This document shows, in pieces, positions 34,131 through 45,565 of a DNA stretch of 64,000 bases (its first letter is position 1; every line of letters starts with the position of its first letter). The stretch comes from Setoptus koraiensis (Eukaryota; Animalia; Arthropoda), in contig CM106586.1 of assembly GCA_048013815.1 (NCBI GenBank), positions 5,828,001 to 5,892,000 of the forward strand, written 5' to 3'. The notes beneath the pieces were generated by a model. The model did not search any database. It was not told the DNA's origin and was given only the letters and a program-made list of their open reading frames with translations. Position numbers and translations under genes: made by a program.

Positions 34131-34730
34131 CTGTTACAATCCCATTCTCCCTTCGCTGTCAGCACTCCCTATTCTTCCACCTGATGTGCGCCAGCCTAAA
34201 CCACGTCCACTTTCAATGTTTATTTCGTGTCTCATGAGTCATGACATGGTTACATATGTGTAACGAATCCCACTATTTATAAATATCTTGTTATCACTAC
34301 TATTATTTATTATCTTATATCAATATCACAATACACAATTTGTCGACATCGAGCAGATTCTCCAGAAGCTATGCAATTATAAAGATCTAAACACATGTCA
34401 ACTAGCTGTTAGTGTCACGAGGACGAAAATCACTTTCGTTTGTTTATATCTCGTTGTTGGGAGAGTTAGAGATTGATACTAAATCAACAAACTGTCGTTA
34501 CTATAGTAACTAACCAAAGACAAGAAAAAACATTGAGACATGTATGATAGGATAATAACTGATTCGGTATTAACTAATCAGATATTCACCAGGATCGATC
34601 AACTAGAAACAACAAGAGCAAGTCGTCCTTCCATTCTGCCATCTAATCATTCTGGGGAGCTCTGTCAGTGACGACGGCGGTGTCATCCAATAACACATTA
34701 CAGTTAATATCATAGAAAGGCTCTCTTTAC

Positions 34731-37489
34731 ATGGCTGTCTATCACAGACAAAATAACTGCCATGCTCCAAGGAAAAAGATTACTATCTCATTTGTGATAA
34801 GAGACGAAGTTGAAAAATTTCACCGGTCAGGTGTCAATTCTCTACAGCATGACCCATACCTGAATAGGCTATATTCAGCTGGACGTGATTCCATCATTAG
34901 AATTTGGAATTTAAACAACAGCAGCGGTAGTTGTAGTAGTAATAATAATAGAACTACAGCCAACACAAACATCAACACTAATGATAACATCAATAGCAAA
35001 ACCAATGCTTGGCAACAACAATCCACCTCTACTGCAACATTAGCAAGTGACATTAGCGACCTCAAAATATCATCTAGATCATGCAATAATTGCAGTAACG
35101 ATCAACCAACTATCAAATCATCCAATAATAACATCAACAATAAGTTTTTACAACAACAACAAAGTCATCATGATCACACAACAAATAGTAGCAATTATTT
35201 TCTACAATCTATGGAACACCATACTGATTGGGTCAATGATATTGTATTATGTTGTAATGGCCAAAACCTGATCTCTGTCTCCAGTGATACAACCATTAAA
35301 GTGTGGAGTGCCCATAAGGGCTTCTGTTTATCCACTCTAAGAAGTCATAAAGATTATGTGAAATGTTTAGCTTATGCAAGAGATAAAGAATTAGTGGCGT
35401 CGGCTGGGTTCGATCGTGTGATCTATTTGTGGGACGTCAATACACTAACAGCACTAACTGCAACCAAGAATACCGTTACCACGAAGCCTCTGGAGGGCAG
35501 CAAGAACAGTATCTATTCGTTGGCCACCAATCAATCTGCCACATTGATAGCCAGTGGCAGCACGGAAAAAGTGATAAGATTGTGGGATCCTAGGACTAGG
35601 CAGAAGTTTCTCAAACTCAGGGGCCATACTGACAATGTTAGAAGTTTGTTATTGTCAAAAGATGGCACACAACTACTATCGGGAAGTTCTGATGGCACCA
35701 TTCGTCTTTGGTCAATTGGTCAACAACGCTGTGTGGCAATAATACGAGTACACGACGAGGGAGTCTGGACTCTGCAATCCAATGATGCATTCAACACTGT
35801 CTATTCTGGTGGGAAAGATTGCAAACTCTTCATGACCGATCTAAAAGATCCATCCAACCATGCCATATTATGCGAAGAATCTGCACCCATACTTAAAATT
35901 TTATACGTTAATAGTGTTCCATCCCCAGGTAAGTAGTAACTTTTCACCATTGTATCTCAACTAAACTTATTGCACATTCCTTAACAACAAACAATTCTTC
36001 TCATTCACCTGTCACCACTTTCTACGTCACTTTCAAGATCGCCATTATGAGGACGAGCCTTCACTTTGGGTCTCAACAACAGACTCTGCCTTAAAAAATT
36101 GGTCTTTAGCACCATCGAGTTTGAAGAAATTACAACAAGATGGTCACCCTCCAACAACATATTCCGATAATTGCCCGACACTACATGATCGAGTCCTAAA
36201 CCAAAAACCCACCACCACCATTAAAGGAAATCCCGCAATTGTTAGTTATCATGTGCTCAATGATCGGCGACACATTCTTACAAGAGGCAGCGATAGAAAT
36301 ATTGCTCTCTATGATGTGCTAACGGCTAGAAAGGTTGAACAGGTTTTGCCGGCTCACGTGAGCAACAATCCAGAGGTAATTTCCACCATTACCCTTCAAA
36401 AGAAAAAATCTTGATATACTGACCATGCCTCATATCGGCAATACAATATAAAATCATATCAACTCACTCTCTAACTCTATTGTTTATTTAGGCCGATATG
36501 GAAGCCGAGATTAAGAAACGCTTCAAGATGGTTTATGTTCCAAACTGGTTCTCGGTTGACCTAAAGACAGGAATGCTTTGTATACATCTGGAGGAAAACG
36601 AGTGCTTCGCCGCTTGGATTTCAGCCAAGGAGTATGGTTTCAAACCAAATGTCGAAGGTCAAGATCCCAAGATAAATCTTGGCTGTTTAATGTTGCAGGC
36701 CCTCCTCGAACATTGGCGACCATTTTGTGCTAATGAATACGATTACGATGAATCGGTATCACCTGTGAATGAAAGCAATTCATCGGCAGCACAAAGATAT
36801 AATTCTTTTAGTCACTCACAAACTAATGGGTTCAATCATAGGATAGGTAATCAATACTTTTCTGTGACTAAACATACTCCTATTATTATCTGTGAAGGTA
36901 ATCAAACCTTGCTGCGATTGCAGGCACAAGACGCGTGCGGTGAAAATGAGGATATAATACTTCAAGAGATCATTCCACAATGGATAATTGATGTCGTCAT
37001 TGCCAAGACCGCTCCTAAGTATAACAAGGTAACTATTTCGACTAGCATAATAAACATCTCTACTAGCTTTCTTTTACAACCCAATCTTTACTAACCAACT
37101 AACCACATTGATTTTTACCCATTCCTCAGATACCGTTCTTCCTACTTCCACACTCTGACTCTGGTATCAAATCTCTTCGGAAGGAGCGTTTATCCGCTAG
37201 TGACATGTTACAAGTGAAAAAGGTTATCGAACATGTTTGTGAGAAGATGATGAACAATGACGAAACTACAGAACAGTACGCTTCTGGATCTCAACAGCAA
37301 GCTAGGAACTATCCATCTAATACATCTAATGTCTCTGCTATTGCACATACGGATATGTCACCTGAGGTGAAGGTTGAGTTACTTTGTAATGACCAGGTTC
37401 TCAACCCGAATATGGACCTGAGGACGGTAAAGCACTTTATATGGAAGGCTGGCGGTGACCTTGTTTTGTACTATATGCCGACCAGGTGA
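34731..37489 (+). CDS. WDR48: WD repeat-containing protein 48 (UAF1, USP1/12/46 activator); exons 34731-35928, 36038-36375, 36492-37028, 37130-37489
   Basis: [117 protein letters not shown] introns keep frame. Confidence 0.95.
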
Positions 37490-38389
37490 ACTTTTGTAAC
37501 CTGTCTATCAAATCGCACGTTTGGGGCAACTGTGGCACTAGATCATTAAGCTAATAAAGTTACACGAATAGGTCTAATAACCCCTTTTGATAGTAATGTT
37601 TTGCCATAGGCTCATTCTCATCATTTAACGTGCGTTTTCTTTTTGCAACGCGATTGGATATCTAAAATAAAAAATGCATCCCATTCAAGAACGACACATA
37701 TACAATGTGCTAACAACAAATCCAAATGTTTACAAATTGAAGACGGTGGGCAATACATATGTAAATCTACGACAGTTAGCGGTCGAACGAATCTCGTGCC
37801 AACTGTATCGATCGGCTAGCGTTGGTTCCAATGGACTTGTGTAAACCTGAAATCAAGTTATAAGAAAATAGTGGCCTCCAATAAATTGAAATCGATTGCC
37901 TACATCTGTAAAAAAACTGAATCATTGGGAATAAAAAATAATTTGCGATCAGCTGGCTGCTGACTGAATCGCCGAACACTGCGCATGCCATGTGTTATAC
38001 CAGAAAACAAAAAAAAACTAGGTGAGATATCCTCACACTTTCAAGACTGACGAATCTGGATCTGTTTCCATGATTATATGATCGACATTAATCTATTATA
38101 TTCAATCGGTAACCACACTTCAATTATTCGGTATCTTGTTACACGAGATATTCACTGATGTCCATGAACTAAGGTTACTAAGTCTAGAAATATTACATTT
38201 CTTCACTCATATTCAAATCATTGAATAGGCATATTAGTTGAATACGTCAGCGTTAGAGAACTGGCAAGAATCGATAGTTCAAGGGTTTACGAATTGTGAA
38301 TGTTTTTTAGCAAAATATTAAAGATACCATTTATAGATAGAGTGCGTGTCACCATAGGTCGGAGATCCTCAACACCACCCTCAGCCAAC

Positions 38390-39226
38390 ATGTCTACTTC
38401 TCATCCTACTTCAGCTGTGGTATGTCACCAAACTATACTTGATCACCTTGTATTGTTTCAATGATAAAGTCTCATTAAGATTTATTGAACATTTGAACTG
38501 AATAATCTACCATCCTCTCATTCTAGCTTATATTCTTACATGGTCTTGGCGACGTCGGGGCATCCTGGAAAAGTCAGCTGCAATCAATGGTGCCGTCACA
38601 CATTAAATGTGTATGCCCAACCGCGTAAGTTGTTGCTCTATAATGACTAATGAATAATTCAGTCAATTACCATCATCATATTAATCATATTCTGTTTGTT
38701 TTTTTATAGACCTGTTTCATCAGTCACTCTCAATATGGGATTGAGAATGACGTCTTGGTTTGACCTAATAAGTCTAAGCGCAACCGATCCCGAGGACGCC
38801 GAAGGTATTAAGAATGCCTGCAAACAAATACACAGCTTGATAGAGGAGCAAGTGAAAGCTGGTACACCCCATGAGAGAATTATGTTAGGTGGTTTCTCTC
38901 AAGGTGGAGCATTGGCTCTCTATTCCGCATTGAGATATCCCAAGAAACTGGCTGGAGTTTTAGCTCTGTCATGTTGGTTACCATTGAATAATGATTTTCC
39001 AGCCGCTGCTCAGAAGGAAAATACCACCATACCTTATCTCCAATGTCACGGAACCGACGATTTCATTGTTCCGCTTGCGTGGGGCGAGGCGAGCAAATTA
39101 AAAATAAAAACCTTTCTAGGCGATAATTACACATTCAAAACCTACGAAGGTCTGGGCCACAGTTCTAACGCTAAAGAAATGAATGACGCCAAAAGTTTCA
39201 TTACATCGTGTTTGAAAGCAAAATAG
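38390..39226 (+). CDS. LYPLA1: Acyl-protein thioesterase (LYPLA1/2-like) paralog A; exons 38390-38419, 38527-38624, 38710-39226
   Basis: LIFLHGLGDVG, VTLNMGLRMTSWFD, GGFSQGGALAL, LSCWLPL, QCHGTDDFIVP, YEGLGHSS; Ser-Asp-His triad intact. LYPLA1 vs LYPLA2 cannot be distinguished by eye. Confidence 0.92.
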
Positions 39227-39580
39227 ACTGTTATCTAATCACAATTGATGGGCACATCAAATAAATGCAAACAAAATCCATATCCTATCGAATCGGTCAA
39301 CTATAATCATCATAATAACATGCCGGATAATCACTTACATTCAGTGGATAACGTTAGATAAATAATTTAATACCAATGAGATACTTTTCATGAAATATTT
39401 GAACTTACAATCAATCGTCGTTTTCATCTATTTGATGTGTTTCAACATCCAATGATTATTATTCTGAACATTTTATTAATAAAATAAAGTAACTGTGCAT
39501 CAGACTTACTATCAGATTTTGTCGCAATCCAATCACATTGTATACGCAAGTTATAAAAGTGACTGATTTAATGGAAATGT

Positions 39581-40360
39581 TCATGACAAGACTTGCGTCA
39601 CCAGTCTTCTGGTATCTTCAGGCGATGTAACGGTATGACCAATGGTTCTAGAGTCGCTGAATATCTCGAAGTCGTTGCCTCCTGGTGATGTTTTGTCACC
39701 GAAGAAATAAATTTTGTCAAAATCGTCCTTTAAGTATTGTAAACAAAACGTTTTGTCCCATCCCGAAGGAAAAGCATCAATAGATATCTGACCGCCTATG
39801 CTAAATACTAGACCTAGATTATCCTGACTATTCGGTCCGAACTCGTTCTCTAGAGCCTCGATGAATTTTTTTCTGACATTATTCTTTTCATCATACCGAG
39901 CGAATTCATTTCGTTCTTCCTGATTACAACTACGACCCACCGGACAAACATTGATCAATCCGGAGCGAAATTCTATAAAGTTGCCACGTTTTGCCGGTAG
40001 TTGTAGTTTTGCCATATATGATAGACAAAAATTGATAAATCGTTGTAGTTTTTCTTCACCCAAATGTTTCAAGAGGCTCATTTCTTTCAAAATTTCCCCA
40101 TTCTTGTAAGCTACCAATCCATTTTCTGCGAAAACATATTTAAACTTTTGTACACATCGGATGACGGCATCACTTGTTTCATTTGAGTTTGTAGTCTGTT
40201 CCGCGATCTTGTATATATCTGAACCACCAACTAGTCCCACGGTAACCCGTTTAGATAAATCATCCATAAAATTTTCCATCTCAGTGCTGATACGCTGGCG
40301 AGGCAAGGTCAAGGTCCCATCCACGTCGAATAAGACAATCATACGTGTTGTATCAGTCAT
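39581..40360 (-). CDS. PMM2: Phosphomannomutase (HAD family), intronless
   Basis: FDVDGTLT, VGLVGGSDIYKIAEQ, YVFAENGLVAY, KRGNFIEFRSGLINVCPVGRSC, IGGQISIDAFPSGWDKTFCL, FFGDKTSPGGNDFEIF. Confidence 0.97.
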   Translation of the reverse strand: MTDTTRMIVLFDVDGTLTLPRQRISTEMENFMDDLSKRVTVGLVGGSDIYKIAEQTTNSNETSDAVIRCVQKFKYVFAENGLVAYKNGEILKEMSLLKHLGEEKLQRFINFCLSYMAKLQLPAKRGNFIEFRSGLINVCPVGRSCNQEERNEFARYDEKNNVRKKFIEALENEFGPNSQDNLGLVFSIGGQISIDAFPSGWDKTFCLQYLKDDFDKIYFFGDKTSPGGNDFEIFSDSRTIGHTVTSPEDTRRLVTQVLS

Positions 40361-40716
40361 GTCTGACGTATCTAATTGAGTCTCTATGCTTCCAATCCTT
40401 TTTTGTCAGTGATGTGATGTCTACAGGTCTGAGCTTTATAGGAAATCTTGATAATAACCTAACTTTCAGGTGGCCATGCGAGAGTCTGATATAAGTGAAT
40501 AGACACCGGTTATGGTCGGGGAGTTGTAGTGGTGACGCTGTGGCCCGAATGACTTACCATATGATTTCTCTCAAATTGCAGAGAACCACAGCTTCAAAAT
40601 TTCGCGCTGAACAAGCACAAATAGAAACACGTTATCTGAACAGAAATAGATGACATGTGATCTACCTAACGCAATCGTCAACTTGTAGACGACCGCTGGT
40701 GTAATGATATCTAGTC

Positions 40717-41592
40717 ATGTCATACAACGATATATCCAAGTTAGTTATAAAGGCTTATAAATATTTCGTAATCAGGCCTCTGAAGCGCTTCAATGTGGAC
40801 AACAGAGCTCAGCGATATCTCGGACCAGACGCCCCCAAGTTCAAACCCGCACCTACGAACATAAAATATGAAGTCAAAGGAAGCGGATTATCGAGCAGTA
40901 ATGATTCATTCGTGATAGATGAAGCCAAAAAGCTCGTGGTCAACAAGATAGAGTCCGCTCAAGCCGGTGCACTATGTGACAAGGATAGAGCACCGCGACC
41001 TTTGCCAGTTGCGAGAAACTTACCTTTACAGGACCCGCTTAATATTTGGTACGTTCACAAATTACCTTATGGCAGGTTGGATTTGGAGAAGCTACAGGAA
41101 CTTATGTATAATAGACTGGCTGATAGCGATTACTGGTCGGCTAAGATGGTATCCGAGAAATACAAGTTAAATATTGACCACGCAATTAGTTTAACGAAAT
41201 ACGTAGCAGCTCACAAGATTGTATGCTCGCCCAAGGTTTACAATAGCTTGGAGTTAGTTGGCCTAGATAACAAGTTCTATCAACAGATAAAAGGTTTTGC
41301 CATTGAAGTGGACGAATCGTTTCGTACAGAAGGTGATAAGCGTTTCGACAAAGTAGAGGAGGCATCTAAAACTAACAAGGACAATCTAGACGTGATTAGA
41401 GCGCCTCCACCTGTCGAGCCGCTTAGCGTGGAGGCATTGAATGCTGAGCGGCCAAGATTGGAGCGAAGAAGGCTAGCCAGTCAGATAGACATGGATAGAC
41501 GTAGGGAAGAGATTAGGAGATTAACTGATGGCGATGCCGAAAGTGAAATAAAACAAACAACAACAACAACAACAGAACAACAACAAAAATAA
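40717..41592 (+). CDS. NDUFAF4: Complex I assembly factor NDUFAF4 with C-terminal extension
   Basis: IRPLKRFNVDNRAQRYL..KPAP, LPYGRLDLEKLQEL, YWSAKMVSEKYKLNIDHAISLTKY align with the NDUFAF4 family. Confidence 0.8.
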   Translation: MSYNDISKLVIKAYKYFVIRPLKRFNVDNRAQRYLGPDAPKFKPAPTNIKYEVKGSGLSSSNDSFVIDEAKKLVVNKIESAQAGALCDKDRAPRPLPVARNLPLQDPLNIWYVHKLPYGRLDLEKLQELMYNRLADSDYWSAKMVSEKYKLNIDHAISLTKYVAAHKIVCSPKVYNSLELVGLDNKFYQQIKGFAIEVDESFRTEGDKRFDKVEEASKTNKDNLDVIRAPPPVEPLSVEALNAERPRLERRRLASQIDMDRRREEIRRLTDGDAESEIKQTTTTTTEQQQK

Positions 41593-42190
41593 ACCATCGT
41601 ACTTTGGTGAATATCCACCCATGAATATCTTATCTTGAACAATTCAGATGGGTGTTGGTTGTATTGATGAATACATGTTGTAGTGCAAACGGGTTATAAT
41701 TTTTAGCGCGCCATTCCAACACGGACGAACAATGCGCGTGTTGCTGCCGTTTGTGAATGAATGTGTGGTGCCGTGTGTATTGTCTGTTGTGACGGGGACA
41801 TGCGAGAAATGACAATCATCAACATTCGATTTTGCCGATTGTATATCTATTATACGAACAAATAGATATCAAATTTTGACTAATTATTTAATGTTTTTAT
41901 TATTCGTCACATTTGTCTTGTTTTATTATTACTAGCATTTTTCTAATTATTAAAATTATTATTACTGTCAACAGTTTTTATTGGCACTACCAAGTTCACT
42001 CTTCTACATGGCATACATATTGATACATTGTTAACATTGACTGATGAAACAAATTTACATGTGTGTAGACAAATCGTCATCATAATCATCGATCCATTTG
42101 TTACAATACTCTATACAAGGACAAACTCAGTGATATTTACATATTTTAAATCATTTAAAAAGCATTCGCATGATCTTAATTAGTGATTAA

Positions 42191-43051
42191 ATGTATTACG
42201 AAGACTTGGACACCTTAAGGCAGCCTGCAGTTTACTATATAAGCGGCCACGAAGATCCTGATGGGCCCTGGCTCATTCTAGACTGGAATGGAATACCAAC
42301 GGACGACGATGAGTGCAGATACGATGTTATCAGTGAGCACATAAGAGACCGGAGTGATGCAGAAGCTGCAAATCATCTCAATCACCAACAGAGCCACCCT
42401 ACCACCAATAGTCATAATGACCTTGGTAATCACCACAACAGCCTCAATAATCACGATAGCCCCAGCAATCACAATAATCACGATAGCCCCGGCAATCACA
42501 ATAATCACGATAGGCCCAGCGATCACAATAGCCACATTAACCACAACGGCTACACCAACCACAACGGCCACACTAGCCACAGTAGCCTCAGTAGCCATAG
42601 TAGCCACAGTAGCCAAGATAATGACATTAACCACCACAATCACCTTCCATCACAACCACCCCTGAGCTCGGACCAAAATCAGCGCCTCAAGCATCGAGTC
42701 ACATCAAATGGATGCGCCGAATCTTCTGTTATTAAAAATAACCAGCTGAATTATTGGTATCACAATATTACGGCTGCTGATCAGAACGACGACGACGACG
42801 ACGACGATGACCTTTGTCTATTGACTGTGCCACCTATAATTCCCAATTTAGTAAATAATAGAATTAATAGACACTCTAATAATATCAAGAATATTAAAAA
42901 TCAAGATCATAACAACATTCATTGTAAACACAAAGCATGCACTATCAAAAATGAACTCTTGTCGGTTGTTACAAAACAACAACGACCGCAACAAAAGCAG
43001 CAACAACACCACCAAGAAAAGCAAAAATATAAAAAACATAAGACAACATAA
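42191..43051 (+). CDS. Orphan His/Asn-rich low-complexity protein (286 aa)
   Basis: Long ATG-initiated ORF with a 27-bp tandem unit encoding HNNHDSP(S/G)N, followed by a poly-D tract and a basic Q/K tail. Its stop lies 32 bp from the convergent VPS52 stop. Confidence 0.55.
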   Translation: MYYEDLDTLRQPAVYYISGHEDPDGPWLILDWNGIPTDDDECRYDVISEHIRDRSDAEAANHLNHQQSHPTTNSHNDLGNHHNSLNNHDSPSNHNNHDSPGNHNNHDRPSDHNSHINHNGYTNHNGHTSHSSLSSHSSHSSQDNDINHHNHLPSQPPLSSDQNQRLKHRVTSNGCAESSVIKNNQLNYWYHNITAADQNDDDDDDDDLCLLTVPPIIPNLVNNRINRHSNNIKNIKNQDHNNIHCKHKACTIKNELLSVVTKQQRPQQKQQQHHQEKQKYKKHKTT

Positions 43052-43083
43052 CATAAACTTTCATTCGTCCTAATCGTTCTTTA

Positions 43084-45222
43084 TTAGAAATTGGTTTTAT
43101 ACCGTTTAACGTCAACCATTAGCTGATGGATGTTCATCAGCTCGTTTCTGACTGGTATGTTCTTGAATGGCGCCAGGCCAACTATCTTCTGAAATCTGTG
43201 ATAATATTGTATTATCTGAGTCAATGCAGCTTGTTGAATATTATTGCCATTCTCAAAATTGCTGAAGTTGCTCATAATCTCTTTGCTGATCTCATCCAAT
43301 GCCTTTCGCCATTCGGAATTAAACGATTTCACTAGGACTGTCACTTTTGATTCATTCCGCTTCAACGATTCCTGGTCATTTCTCTCCAAATAGACTTCGC
43401 AGTCTTTCACAAAACAAATAATAGATCCAAAATGGGGATATAGCAACTCTTCCACAATCTCTTGAATACGCTTCACTAGTTGCAACTTGATTTCCTCTAT
43501 CTCTTTGGTGTCCTCTTTGGACGTAGAGCGCTTGAATACACTCAATATGTGATCGTAATTGTTTATCATGAATATCAATTGTTCCTTTGGGTGAACGAAT
43601 ATTGATGCTGTTCTAAGAATAAAATTTTTCACCTCATTCTGTAATTCATTTAGTAAATAAGTAACTCTCTCATCTGGATAGGTTTCGTTAACAGTCATCA
43701 GGGCCGATGCATATTCAGCATATCTACGTGTTACGAAATGTGGCAATATATCTACAGTGCCAACCTTAGATGGGTCGTAGTTTTTGACGGAATCAATGTG
43801 CATCCGGAATATCTTATCAAATCTTGGATATAGGCAGGTTATTATGGAATCCCAATATTGGTCTAGAATAAATACTTTCTTCTTTTTGGACATCTTCCTA
43901 TATCGATAGACTATATGAAGACAAAGGAATATTGCTATAGTATCATAACTAGACTTGAATTGTTCTACAACATGTATCTGGACGAGAGACAAAGTTTTGC
44001 CCAAAACGAGTTGAAACAGTTCAATCGTTTGGCTCTCATTTGCCATGAAAAATTCCTGCAAGAAAAAGTACTCCCTACATGCATTGTCCACTAGAGCATA
44101 TTGCGACGATCTAAATAAACTTTCGCTCGGGTACTTTTGCTGTTCTTGTTTAGTTGTGGCGTTCAACATAATGAGAGGGGCCTCTAAATCTGTAGTAATA
44201 ACAGATGACCTTTGACCCATGGTGAAGACAGTTGATTTATTTTTCAGTGATGTGGGCTTGGTATTGAATATTTTCGCCATATTAGTCCTTGTGCGTCCAT
44301 GTTGATCATCGCCGGCCATGAGATCGTTTTCATCAGGTTTTTCATCATAATCTAATCTTGCAATCCTGTTGAGATATTCTTTGAAATAAAAGTAGTAGAC
44401 CTCGCTCATGGTGCTCACGTATTCGTTTTGTATCTCTCTGGCCTTTTCTCTTTCATTGGTCAACAAAAATCTGTAAAAGAACTTGTTCTTTAGTAAGGCA
44501 TTCTGAGGTATTTGATAGTTGGAGAGACATTTCTTACAAGTCTGTATTTTTTTCATGATATAATCCCTAACTTTTGTGACAGCTTTCGCTTTCAAGCCCA
44601 TAAGAGTCTCATTGACGTCGAGACAAGATTTGGCATCACGGAAGTCTTGTTCCTTAAAAAAGTTTATCTTCTGATCTAATACATACAGGTGTTCGATAAA
44701 ATATCGTTCATTGGCAGGTGTGTTCATGATGTGATTGATAACTGGCTGAGGAATGGTCATGTCTTCAATAAATTGATTTAATTTACCCCTTATGGCTTGC
44801 TTGTTCTTCAACTGTACATTAAGCGAAACCGATTGTTCTTGCAAAGACAATATCTCCTGACAAATGTTACCTAAATCAGCCTGAAATTTACAAAGCATAG
44901 TTTCCAATCGTTCTAGAATTTGATCACAACAGGTAACTCTTTGATGCAAATCGGCTATATTTGAGCTTTCACTCATATAATCAGCAATACACGCCGACTC
45001 TGCCTCTTTCAATTGTTTTTCCACCTCTAGCGAACAAATTTTATTGATCTCTTCTGATGTTTTCTTATTTTCGGCGCAACTATCCAATAGAGGTCCGATT
45101 TGTTGAAAGAATTGCTCATTCTGATCAAAATCACCAAACTCCATGGCTGTCTCAACATACTTGATGACATCTTGGTCCATATTGGATAGTTGCTCTCTGA
45201 TACTACTGGGTGTTGAATCCAT
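43084..45222 (-). CDS. VPS52: GARP/EARP subunit VPS52, intronless
   Basis: CDQILERLETMLCKFQADLGNICQEILSLQEQS, LKAKAVTKVRDYI, NYQIPQNALLK, ESLFRSSQYALVDNACREY, PHFVTRRYAEY, EQLIFMINNYDHIL, NIHQLMVDVKRYKTNF. Confidence 0.95.
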   Translation of the reverse strand: MDSTPSSIREQLSNMDQDVIKYVETAMEFGDFDQNEQFFQQIGPLLDSCAENKKTSEEINKICSLEVEKQLKEAESACIADYMSESSNIADLHQRVTCCDQILERLETMLCKFQADLGNICQEILSLQEQSVSLNVQLKNKQAIRGKLNQFIEDMTIPQPVINHIMNTPANERYFIEHLYVLDQKINFFKEQDFRDAKSCLDVNETLMGLKAKAVTKVRDYIMKKIQTCKKCLSNYQIPQNALLKNKFFYRFLLTNEREKAREIQNEYVSTMSEVYYFYFKEYLNRIARLDYDEKPDENDLMAGDDQHGRTRTNMAKIFNTKPTSLKNKSTVFTMGQRSSVITTDLEAPLIMLNATTKQEQQKYPSESLFRSSQYALVDNACREYFFLQEFFMANESQTIELFQLVLGKTLSLVQIHVVEQFKSSYDTIAIFLCLHIVYRYRKMSKKKKVFILDQYWDSIITCLYPRFDKIFRMHIDSVKNYDPSKVGTVDILPHFVTRRYAEYASALMTVNETYPDERVTYLLNELQNEVKNFILRTASIFVHPKEQLIFMINNYDHILSVFKRSTSKEDTKEIEEIKLQLVKRIQEIVEELLYPHFGSIICFVKDCEVYLERNDQESLKRNESKVTVLVKSFNSEWRKALDEISKEIMSNFSNFENGNNIQQAALTQIIQYYHRFQKIVGLAPFKNIPVRNELMNIHQLMVDVKRYKTNF

Positions 45223-45565
45223 GCCGCCTTGAGCAATGTAGCGTGTCTAGTTTATGAGTGTCGATACAGAAATGTGGACATGATATTTATAATAATATTG
45301 TTACACAATCTCAAACCGTTGTAAATGACATTAGACAAGTCAACAGCGATAAAATGTTATTTTCACTCGCGTTTATTTACATTATTAGTGATAATGAGCG
45401 AACATATGGTGAAGGGACTCTCTTGCGCAAGCACAATATCTGTCTGCTTTGCGTTTGAAACCATGTGATTTGATGATGCATCATTGTAAAAAAGCATGAA
45501 ATTCTCCGTTCATATACTCTATTTATCAAAAATTGTACTAAATTGTCTGTTTAGTTATAATTAGC

